Part shown: positions 53,300-64,000 of the stretch, piece after piece
How the letters are laid out: each line of letters starts with the position of its first letter
Numbering within the stretch: position 1 is the first letter of the stretch
Assembly (NCBI RefSeq): GCF_026210795.1
Contig: NC_089433.1
Location: forward strand, 4,154,001-4,218,000
Source: Rhizophagus irregularis
Lineage: Eukaryota
Length of the DNA: 64,000 nucleotides
Reading direction: 5' to 3'
The notes under the pieces: model-generated
The model's database searches: none
Seen by the model: only the letters and a program-made list of their open reading frames with translations
What the model was told of the DNA's origin: nothing
Translations under genes and position numbers: made by a program

Positions 53300-54036
53300 A
53301 TGTTATATCGCGAAATTATACTTAATATCGGTGAGATTTTTTCATTAATTGTGAAATTGGTCATGAAAATTTATCAGTACATGGTACATAGGGTATCAGT
53401 ACATTGAGGTTTGACTGTAAGTGTTTTATATCTTTATAATCATATGGTTTTTGGATGAATTTGATAATTTAATTGAACGATGAATTTGTCATCTTATTTA
53501 ATGAAATTGCAGACAAATAAAATTTACAAATTATATTATTTATTTTGATAAGTTAGAGCGTACTGTAAAAGCATTGCACGTCAGTAATTAATTTTATTTT
53601 TCTTTTTTGTTATTGTTGTTGAAATATTAATTTTTAGTATACAAATTTATTTATTTATTTATTTACTATATGAACATTTCAAGTAATGAGATTGTTAAAA
53701 TGTTCAAAATATTTAAAAATCACAAGTCAATTAATGACATTTATTTATCACCATAATTTCTGGTATTTCACAATATTAATATTCTGTTATTCAGTTGTTC
53801 TTTTTTATTTTATTAAATAATAAAAATTGCCTTATTTCAGTTATTTGTAAAAACTGTTTGCTTAATTACAAACTGATCTATTCATGTTTACATGTAATCT
53901 ATAATCATTGGCATATACAGTATGTATATTATCATTTACACCAAGAACTTTTGAATTTTCTCAGCAAATTTAATTCTGATCCATTTCATTGTTTCAAATA
54001 TAAATATTTGCATTTTTTTTTAATAAACAAACAATT

Positions 54037-57000
54037 CTATATTTCGCAGTCCAAACATTCAGAATACTTTGGAAGATCATTTGTAAAGGAATTAAGTAAT
54101 TGTGATGTATAAACAGCTTGTGGATGAGTAATTGATTGTCTTCTTTCCTCAAAAAATGTTTTTTTGTATTCTTCTACTTTTTTAAATTGCTGCTCAATAT
54201 CATAATGTTGCTGTTTTTTTTCTCCAAATAACAAACTTGAATCTGGCACATAGGATTCATGAAATAACTGAATAAATTCTACTATTTCAGTTGCCTTTGG
54301 TCTGTAATCTGGATTTGAATTCCAACATTTCTTCATTAATTCAGTATAACATTTTGGTACTTCTAGCTCATTTATTTCAGGTCTAATTCCCTCACAGATA
54401 TCTAATGCTAACATTTCATTATGCGCACAATTGAAAAAAGGTTGGTTTCCTGTTGCTACAAAATACATAATCATACCAAAGCTATATACATCTGCTGTTT
54501 GAGTATAAGGTTCTCCTCTTAACACTTCAGGAGCCACGTAAGGCATAACTCCATAAAGTTTTGTTTTGTCTGTATTGTCAACTCTTCCACATAATCCCAT
54601 ATCTGATATGCACATTAAATTATAATTATCCAAGGTAATATACATTGATAATATATTTCCTGTATGAAGATCACGATGAACCAGTTGTTTTTCATGAATT
54701 TCTTCAAGACCAGTAATAATATTAAATAATGTATTTATTTTATATGACCAGTCAAATTTACTATAGTGTTTGTTTACCCAATTATATAAACTTCCACCTT
54801 CTGCATAATCAAGAACCATAATATAGTCATTTGTGTTAGGATTTTGAGATAACCCATATATTGAAAGAACATGATTAAGTTCTTTGATGGAATATCCTTT
54901 AATCTATTAAAGTATAATAATAATTATTATTATATTGAAAAGTTTTAAATTGGATAAAAAATTTCATACCTCATTTAAAAATTCAATAGTAATATTTTGT
55001 GAATTGTATAATTGTTTTAAAGCAACTTTTTTCTGATTTCTTGAATATTCATATTCATTATAAGATGATGGTCCATCTTTCCATATTGCTGAATATATTG
55101 TAGCAAACCCACCTTTACCTATTTCTTTAATATTACTAAATCGATTGTGTGGTATCCATTCAAATATTGTATCATCTGCATTATTAATTTTTAATTGTAT
55201 CTCTCGTATTAAATTATCAATTTTTATATTTTCACTAGTCCAGTTTGTAAAATTTCTTTTTAAATCATTTATTTTACATGGTTTACACCATTTATAATAA
55301 GTATCTGTATATTCTTTATCACATTTTTCGCAATATTTATTTTCAATTACTATAATATAATCTTTTGTATTAGGATCTCGAGATATTCCATATATATTAC
55401 TAATTGAATATTCTTCAACCTATTAACATTAAATGTTATTATTAAAAATATATATATATGAATAACATGATTATTTAAATAGAATTTATGGAAAATTACC
55501 TCATCAATAATATTTTGTGAGTACTTTAAAGTAACTCTTAATTTCAGTCTTCTTATCTGATCTTTACTATAAAGATTATCATAATATAAAAAATCATTCT
55601 TCCATATTGCCGAATATATTCTAGTAAAATCATCATTTATTTTCTTAATATTACTAAACTGATTGTATGGAATCCATTCAAATACCATATCCCATTTGCT
55701 ATTAATCTTCAATTGCATATTTTGGATCAGATTATCAATCTTATCGTTATTACTGGTCCAGTTTTTAAAATTTAATTCTAAATAATTTACTTGACATTTC
55801 TTACACCATTCAAATTTAAAATTATTTTCTGTATATTCTTCACCACAACTTTTACAACACAAATCATATTGAAAAACAATAATATATTTTAAATCTTGGT
55901 TTTGAGATATTCCATATACTGGATTATCATTTCTTGATAAATATTTTTTAACCTATAAAGACAAAAAAAAAATAAATTATAATATTTTCCAAAAAAAAAG
56001 AAATTAAAAGTTTTAATACCTCATTTAAGAATTCATCAATATTTTGTAAATTATATAATTTCAACGAAACTTTTTTATTTGATTCTCTTGCCCATTTCTT
56101 ATTATTATGAAGTAATGGACCATCATTCCATACTGCTGAATATATTATTGTACAATTAGTTCTATTTATTTCTTTAATATCATTAAATCGATTGTATGGT
56201 ATAAACTCAAATATTATATCTATAAAAAAGTTAATTTTCAACTGCTTTTGTTTGACTAAATTATCAATTTTTTCATTTCCACTCCAATTAAATAAAAATT
56301 TTTTCAAATAATTTTTGTAGCACAATAAACAAATATATTCTTTAATTTCACCACATTTTTCGCATATTCTACTAAATCCATTTTCAAGTACTATAATATA
56401 ATTTTTCGTGTATGGATTTTGAGAGATTCCAAATATTTTACCATAATATTTATTTAAGTCTTCCTTAATCTATTAAAGTATAAAATTTAATTATTATTAC
56501 CATATTAAATAAAGTATTTAAATTAAATAAAGAAAAATATACCTCATTTAGTAATCCACTATATAATTTTAAAGCAACCTTTATATCCTGCAAATTTCTT
56601 GTATATTCATTTTTATATTTATCAAAACCTAATGGACCATCATTCCATATTGCTGAATATACTTTATCAAAACCTTCTTCACCTATTTCTTTAATGTCAT
56701 TAAACTGGTTGTATGGTATCCATTCAAATATAATATCATCTAGTTTATTAATTTCTAATTGCATTTCTTGAATTAAATTATCAATTTTTTCATTTCCACT
56801 GGTCCAGTTTGTAAAATTTTGTTTTAAATTATTCGTTTGACACGATAAGCACCATTCATAATTTGCATCAAATCTACCTTTATATTTTTTATCACATTTT
56901 TTACAATATAACTTTGGAAAAACTATAATATAGTCTCCCATATCTGGATTTTGTGACACTCCATATATATTAAGACATTTATCAAACTTAATCTATTAAA

Positions 57001-58026
57001 AATAAAAAAAATTAATAAAGAATATTTTCAAATTACGGTACATCTAATCCAAAGAATTCATACCTCATTTAAAAGTTTAATAATATTTTGTGAATTATAA
57101 AAATATTTTAAAGTAACCACTTTATTAGATTTTCTTGCCCATTTCTTCTTGTAATATAATGGGCCATCATTCCATTTTGCAAAATATAATGTATCAATAT
57201 CATCATCACTTATTTTATTTATTTTATGGATATCACTTAATTGATCGTATGGTATCCATTCAAGTACCCATGCTGATTCATAATTGACGCCTGATTGCAT
57301 TACCTGAATTAAATTATCAATTTTTTCATTTCCACTGCCGACCAAATTTTCTTTAAAATAAACTATTTGACATGATTCACACCATTCTTTAATTATATTT
57401 GTATACTTTTTACCACATTTTTTACAATATATTTCTTGAAAAACAATGATATAATCCATTGTATTTGGGCATTGAGATATTCCATACATTCTAAGAACTT
57501 CGCCAATATATGTTATCGAATATTTTTTGCCCTAATAGACGAAAAATAAAAAATATTCTTAATAAAAGATACAATAATTAGGGGTACGAAGAAATTTTAT
57601 TATTACCTGATCTGGCTGATCAATAAAAAATTCATCAATGATATTTTTTAAGTTATATAATTTTAAAGCAACTTTCTTATTCGGCTGATTTCTTGTATAT
57701 TCATTTTTATATTTATCATAATCTAATGGACCATCTTTCCATATTGCTGAATATACTTTATCAAAACTCTCTTCACCTATTTCTTTAATATTATTAAATT
57801 GATCAAATGGTATCCATTCAAATATTAAATCATCCAATTCATTAATTTCTAATTGCATCTCTTGAATTAAATTATCAATTTTTTCATTATCACTGGTCCA
57901 ATTTATAAAATTCTTTTTTAAATTATTTATTTGACATGATTTACACCATTCATACTTTGCATCATATTTACTCTTATATTTTTCGTCACATTTTTTGCAC
58001 TGACCGTAGTTGTCTTGATATGACAT
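54037..58026 (-). CDS. Tyrosine-kinase-like kinase with six tandem Cys-motif + N-lobe modules (~1185 aa, 7 exons)
   Basis: Exons 58026-57607, 57531-57064, 56992-56543, 56469-56020, 55952-55500, 55419-54970 and 54903-54037, all phase 0 and in frame. The last exon has HRDLHTGN, DMG, YVAPE and DVYSFG. Confidence 0.92.
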
Positions 58027-58201
58027 TTATACAAAATTATTAATTTAAATTTTGAGAGAAATTGTAAATGAGTTTATTTCACAAAAAAAAAAAAGAAAAA
58101 AAGGAAAGTAATAAAGAACCTATTTTAAAACAGTTTGTAAGACCATTAATTATTATTTATTATGTTCTTGTATTACTCTTCCTTGTGTAATCATTCAGCT
58201 C

Positions 58202-59462
58202 AGATCACTTGTTAAAACTTGTAAAACTGTAAGACGGAATTGTAAAACAGAAATGTGACACAGTAACACCTGACGAAAATCGCCAATTTCTTATTAAAAA
58301 TTTCTTTTGCAAGTATATTTAAGATAGAGGTTTGCATATACTAACTCATAATTTGTTTTATATTCATATAAATAAATAAATATATTTATTTATTTAATTT
58401 TGTAAGAAATCACAAATGAGAAATATACTGTATATAAAAAAAAATCAGAGACTGCCAAAAAAATTTTACAAATCAATAGATTTCCACCAGTAACTATTTA
58501 AAAAAGGAATGGATTTTTTTGGCGCAAACTCAAAACTGATCTTTTCATGTATACTTTTCGGGTCCTCAAATGAAACAAATATTTATTGGTTATAGAGTAT
58601 GCTGGTTGTGACTTGTGAATTACCACAATTCTATTTAAAAGAGAATTTTAATAAACTCAAATAGAATGATAAATATAAATTAGCACTAAAACTTGCAAAT
58701 TCTGTAAAAATGTTTGCATAATAAGGGAATTGTGATTTGTTAATATAATAATTTATTTTATATTGATTTTTTTTTATCAAGCAATAAACCAATATATATA
58801 TTCATTTTAGCATACTTGTACATCAAAATAATATAAAGTTGGCAGACTTTAGTTACTAATGCATCATATAATCTAGTAGATGTCCTTGGTGTAGTTCCTA
58901 TATTAACCAAAATATTAAATAATATTAAAAATAAAAGCCAACACCATAAATTAAATACAATCAGCTATTGAAATGGTCATAAAAATTTTACATTAATTAT
59001 TTATTTTAATTTATTCATTGGAAATGATTATTATTTGATAATTTATATTTAACAATTGGAAAAGTTAGAAAAGATTTATTTAAATTACAAACTAAGAAAT
59101 TTGTAAAATATTTACCAGTTCGGATCACCTGTAAAAACTTGTAAAACGGAATTGTAAAACGGAAATGTGATTATGTGACGCAGTAACACCTCGTCAATGT
59201 CTTAATTAAAATGTAAGTGTATTAAGATGGAGATTACATATATTGGTTCATAATTTGTTTTACATTCATATAAACAAAAAAAACAATATTTTTACTTAAT
59301 TTTGTAAGAAATCACAAATGATACCCATAATATATATAAAAAAATCTACAAAGCGATAAATTTTCACCAGTAATATTTAAGAGGAGAGAATTTTTTTGGC
59401 TGGTTGTACGCAAACTCGAAACTGACCTTTTCATGTATACTTTTCGGGGTCCTCAAATGAAA
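58202..59462 (+). repeat. Direct repeat pair (about 58202-58574 and 59123-59462)
   Basis: Both copies run GATCAC.TGT.AAAACTTGTAAAAC...GTAAGAAATCACAAATGA...CTTTTCATGTATACTTTTCGGGTCCTCAAATGAAA. Confidence 0.85.
58575..58960 (+). pseudogene. Decayed internal kinase fragment of the kinase-Sel1 type
   Basis: YLLVIEYAG...DKYKLALKLANSV..LHNKGI...ILVHQNNIKLADF remnants. Confidence 0.7.
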
Positions 59463-59517
59463 TCTATCAATTGGAAATGCTTCTTTCTCTTTATTTGGCA
59501 TTATTTTTATTTATTTA

Positions 59518-61255
59518 CTAGCAGGATGCCCGCGTTTCACGCGGGCCTGGCTAATTAAAATTATGAAAATCAGATACCTTTCTGCTAAACTGTTATATAA
59601 AGTCTAGAATGGTTATTAGCATTAATTTGGAATTTTGTGGTAAATAGGGAATCCATAGCTGTGTATGGCAAGTGATTTTACATTACATTGACAAAATAAA
59701 ATAATAATAAAATATAAATAATATGCAATACATTTTTTTATTATAATAGTTATTATAATAGTTATAGTGGTTCATTAGGAAGCTGGGAAAATCTAAAAAA
59801 ACATCCAAAGAATCATTAGACCTAAAAAAAGGTACCAAACTTTAAAAAAAGAAAAGAAAAAATGATTAGTAATTACGAAAAAGAATTTTTTAAAATATAA
59901 TTCAAACTAACCTTCACTCTGAAAGGTACCACTAAAACCTAAAAAAGAGAAAAGGGTGGTTCCCTACAAAAAAAAAAGTTAACTTAGTGACATTTTTTTA
60001 AAGTTTAAAATTCATTTTCAGAACTTACTCAAAGTTCTCAAAAATTGATCATCTACTAAAAAAAAATAAAAGAATGAAACATCAATAATGTTTTGTTAAA
60101 GAAATAATGTTAGGAAAATTTTATTTACCAAAATTTACATCTGTCCAAGATGTTGCAGTACTGTCTAAACTACAAAATATAGAACACGAAATAGTTAATG
60201 TTTAATTTCATTAAGGAATAAAAAATTAATGAAAAACACTTACAAATTCCACGTCTGGAAAGATCCAAAGAGCCACCCTACAGAATGCAAAAATAAATAT
60301 TAGTAAAACATTTTGTTAACTAACATTATGTTAAAAGAAGGATTTTAAAAGAACCCACTAAAATTTCACACGTCCAGAATCATGAACAAACCATATAAAA
60401 AAGGAAGAAACATGATGTTAGTAAATGTTTTGTTAAAAAATTTTTCAAAGAAAAAATACTCACCACAATTCTGTTCGTGTATAAATTATTCCTCATCTAA
60501 AAAAATGAAAAATCAAACTGTTAGAAATGTTTGATTAAAAGAAATGTATTACTAAATCCTTCCTTACCAAATTTCCACGCATCTGAAGACAAACCAAGAA
60601 AACCACTGAAACCTAAAAAGAGAAAGACTTTATTTTTTTGGTTTTTTTTTTTGGTTTTTTGCATAGTTATTAATACCTGTAATTGCTGTTATTAGAAATG
60701 TTCAATTCCCTGGGTAAAATCCTACTTTGAGAGGTGTGCAGGGATTAGAAATTAAAAATTAAATGTAAAAAGAAAAGGTGTATTTTTTTTTAAAAGAAAG
60801 GGATTTTTTTTTCGTCGTGTGGGAAAATTCAGAAACTGAAAAATATTTTTTTAAAAAAAAAATCGTCATATGGGAAAATCCAAAAACAAATTTTTTTTTA
60901 AAGAAAACAATGATGATTACAATGATGATTTCTCATGTGAAGAATTTCATTGTTACGATTAAATTATTTTTATAGCTTAATAAATTTTTTATATTTTATA
61001 TTACAATTACAAATTGGATTAGTTCCTATAATTTGTTTTTGCGCCAATCATTTATGCAGCCTAATTCAAAATTGTATTGGGATTAGAGCTGCCCAATTAA
61101 GCTAATCAATGTCAAATGATGCCACTCCGAATCCTGCTGTATAACAATCTGTAGCACAGGGAGCAGACACATGATGCTGGACGATCCAATTTAAATCCAC
61201 CTTTTTATGCAGGGTAGTCTTAACGTCACGGTCGCACAATGCTTTTTTTTATAGA
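59518..61255 (-). mobile_element. Non-autonomous Helitron
   Basis: The minus strand starts A|TCTATAAAAAAAAGC and ends with hairpin GCCCGCG-TGAAA-CGCGGGC, then ATCCTG-CTAG|T. No TSD; both flanks are GAB1-derived sequence. Confidence 0.88.
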
Positions 61256-61413
61256 TATATTTTCGAAATAATACATGTAATATTAATTTTTTAATTTTGT
61301 TTTATTTCTTTGAGTTAATTAATGTTTAAAATCCACCGTTTCCCTTTCCTTTTTTATATAGATATGCGATAAGTTTTTTAACAAATAATATGTTTTGTTA
61401 CTATTCAATATTA

Positions 61414-61551
61414 CTAGGAAACGGAAACCGTTATGAGTCCGGAGCGATTGTACCATCTATTATTCTATTTTTATCGTTTTATAGCACAAAATTTTAGGAC
61501 GAAACGGACTTCGCCACGCTCTCTAATATGTGATTAACATATATAGTTGGA
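61414..61551 (-). mobile_element. Mini-Helitron-like insertion
   Basis: Minus strand TCCAACTATATAT...AACGG-TTT-CCGTT-TC-CTAG|T. It interrupts the GAB1-derived exon. Confidence 0.55.
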
Positions 61552-63020
61552 CAATCATCAATATTTCATCATTTGTGAATTATACACTATCACTTCAGTT
61601 TATATTATTGATAATATTGTTTATTCCGTTGATGCTATACTGCTATGTTTAGAAGAGAATACTTATTTAGAATCCTGATCTTGGAATTTATGAAATTATT
61701 CAAATAATAATAAAAAATTAAAAATAAAAATAAAAATAAAAATAAATAGCGTAAGCGAAATTTATAGAATTTAGAGTTCGTAATTGATTAAGACGATTAA
61801 TCGGTTAATGTTATACATAGGGTGCAATTATCCAAATAATTCGGAATTAAGGCGGCGTTATATCACACCTAATTTTTTATTCAAATATTCATATTATCGT
61901 AAAAGCATTGCACCAATAATAAACCGGTATAAGGCTTAAAACTTAATTTACCCGTGTATAATAGGTTAAGGTATCACAAAAATTGATAAACTATTTAAAC
62001 TATTAGTAGGTTCTATAAAAAAAAAACAAAAGAAAGTATAAAATGATTTTGAATTGTTCATTATAAACGAAATTTGTAACCATTATATATATTGTTACAT
62101 AAATAAATTAAAAGCATACTATAAATTGTGTATAAAATATTATCTAAAATTTTTGATAACCGTACTCGTAGTTTGAATCCAGATGTGAGAAAATTAATTA
62201 TTGAATCACCTAAATCACAAAAATATGGAATTATAAATATTGAAATACATTCTATTTATAAGATTATTAAGATACAAGTAAAAAGACAGTAATTGTGATG
62301 ACATAATGAGACTACCACAATAATTTAAACGTAAAAATTCACATATAATTGCGGTTTTCTCAAGGCATCTCAAGAATTAATAAATTGATATACAAATTTT
62401 TTTTAAAAAAAATTGAATTATTAAATTTGATCTCAAATAAAATAAAAATTATTTGAAACATTATTTTGATTTTGTTTTTAATTTTCGATCATGAGATAAC
62501 TGATAAAATTTGTCTATTCTTTCATATTATTTAATAACATGTGGACAAAATAATATTTTCAATATCACTTATTTTCATACAAGAATAATACTTTAAGCAA
62601 AAAAATATTGAACTATTCATTATTGTATATTAGTAAATAATTATCTTCTTTTTTAGCGATTGTACAATATTGATTTTTAATATGTATATTTATTTAATTT
62701 TTTTCATCAGAGGGCGTTAGTATGTTAAAAGTATATAAATTCACAGGTTAACGAATTACTTTTTTTTTTTTATAATAATATTATAAATTGGAAATTTTAT
62801 AGTTTATTTGATTTATTTGATTCTATTTGTAAAAAAACTATTTGCTCAATTACAAACTGATTTATTTATGAAAAAAAGTTTACATGAATACTATAATCAG
62901 TGTTGAACAAATCAAATATACAAGTTTATAAGAATAAAATAGAATAATACTGATAAATGCTGAGTCAGTTTAAGTCATCATACATATTAAGGACATTACC
63001 TAATTTAATTTCAACTCATT

Positions 63021-63938
63021 TTAATTTAACTGCTTGTAATAAATAAAATTATTGCTTGATATAAATAATTCACAGTCTAAACATTCAGAATTAAGATCAT
63101 ATTTTGGAAGATCTTTTGTAAAGGGATTAAGTAATCGAGATGTATAAACAGCTTGTGGATGAGTTGCCGATTGTCTTTTTTCCTCTAAAAATAAGAAATT
63201 TGATTCTTTGTATTCTTCTGCTTTCTCAAATTGCTCATTAATATCAAAAGATAACAGCTCATCTTTTTCACTTTTCAAATTGGAGCTATAAGAATCATAA
63301 AATAACTCAATTAATTCTTTTATTTCAGTTGCTTTTGGTCGGTTGTTTGGATTTGAATTCCAACATCTCTTCATTAAATCAATATAACATTTTGGTGCTT
63401 CTGGTTCGTTTATTTCAGGCCTAATTCCTTTGCAGATATCTAACACTAAAATTTCATCATGCGCACAATTGCAAAAAGGTTTCCTGCCAGTTGCTACATA
63501 ATACATAATCATACCAAAGCTGTATATATCTGCCGCTTGAGTATAAGGTTTTCCTCTCAACACTTCAGGAGCTACATAAGGCATAACTCCATAAATTTCC
63601 GTTTTATCTGTACTATCAACTTTTCCACATAATCCCATGTCTGATACGCATATTATATAATTATCTAAGGTATTATACATTGATAATATATTTCCTGTAT
63701 GAAAATCACGATGAACCATATTTTCCTGATGAACTATTTCGAGACCTTCTATAATACTTAACAATGCTTTAATATTATATAACCAATCTAGTTTATTATA
63801 ATATTTGTTTACCCAATTATATAAATCTCCACCTTCCGCATAATCAAGAACCATAACATAATTTTTTGTATCAGGATTTTGAGATATTCCATATATTGAA
63901 AGAACATACTTAAATATTCCAATAGAATATCCTTTAAC
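63021..63938 (-). CDS. Last exon (C-lobe) of a paralogous tyrosine-kinase-like kinase; upstream exons lie outside the window
   Basis: Acceptor CAG at 63941-63939. YGISQNP, HRDFHTGN, DMG, YVAPE, HPQAVYTSRLL; clearly similar to 54037-54903. Confidence 0.92.
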   Translation of the reverse strand, partial: VKGYSIGIFKYVLSIYGISQNPDTKNYVMVLDYAEGGDLYNWVNKYYNKLDWLYNIKALLSIIEGLEIVHQENMVHRDFHTGNILSMYNTLDNYIICVSDMGLCGKVDSTDKTEIYGVMPYVAPEVLRGKPYTQAADIYSFGMIMYYVATGRKPFCNCAHDEILVLDICKGIRPEINEPEAPKCYIDLMKRCWNSNPNNRPKATEIKELIELFYDSYSSNLKSEKDELLSFDINEQFEKAEEYKESNFLFLEEKRQSATHPQAVYTSRLLNPFTKDLPKYDLNSECLDCELFISSNNFIYYKQLN

Positions 63939-64000
63939 CTGTTATAACATAATAATTGTTAATGATTATTAAAAGTTATAAATTAAATGAAAGAAAAAAT

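Larger units (their letters stand above)
59462..62260 (+). pseudogene. GAB1: Old duplicate of the GAB1 3' exons and downstream region, split by Helitron insertions
   Basis: 59462-59517 matches about 25345-25395; 61265-61413 matches 25398-25580; 61555-61710 matches 25582-25767; 62040-62255 matches 25921-26040 and 26445-26560. Confidence 0.85.

Noticed and set aside
53395..53419. pogo-like right end GTACATTGAGGTTTGACTG|TA
   Set aside because: No partner left TIR was found, so no element boundaries can be called.

Overview
This is very AT-rich, intron-containing eukaryotic DNA. The gene families (TLDc remnant, tyrosine-kinase-like kinases, kinase-Sel1 fusion, SAM/Crinkler-like genes) and the repeat landscape suggest an arbuscular mycorrhizal fungus (Glomeromycota, Rhizophagus-like); this assignment is an inference. 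Intact-looking genes: GPI-transamidase subunit PIG-U/GAB1, an alpha/beta-hydrolase, a non-RD kinase fused to about 29 Sel1 repeats, a 7-exon kinase with six tandem N-lobe modules feeding one C-lobe, the last exon of a paralogous kinase, a single-TM protein and a SAM + HIT-like protein. Most of the rest is mobile DNA and pseudogenes: a hAT-like MITE, a 6.6-kb long-TIR element with nested insertions, pogo/Tc1-like MITEs, Helitrons, a decayed LINE with RT and RNase H remnants, and a decayed partial copy of GAB1. The most unusual feature is a 2,455-bp minus-strand insert (16668-19122). It has a perfect 16-bp target-site duplication, an A-rich tail, structured UTRs (pseudoknot-like 5' end) and one intact, intronless 613-aa basic ORF with no recognisable RT or endonuclease motifs. 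It looks like a protein-coding, non-autonomous retroposed element. All coordinates and alignments were read by eye; no searches were run.
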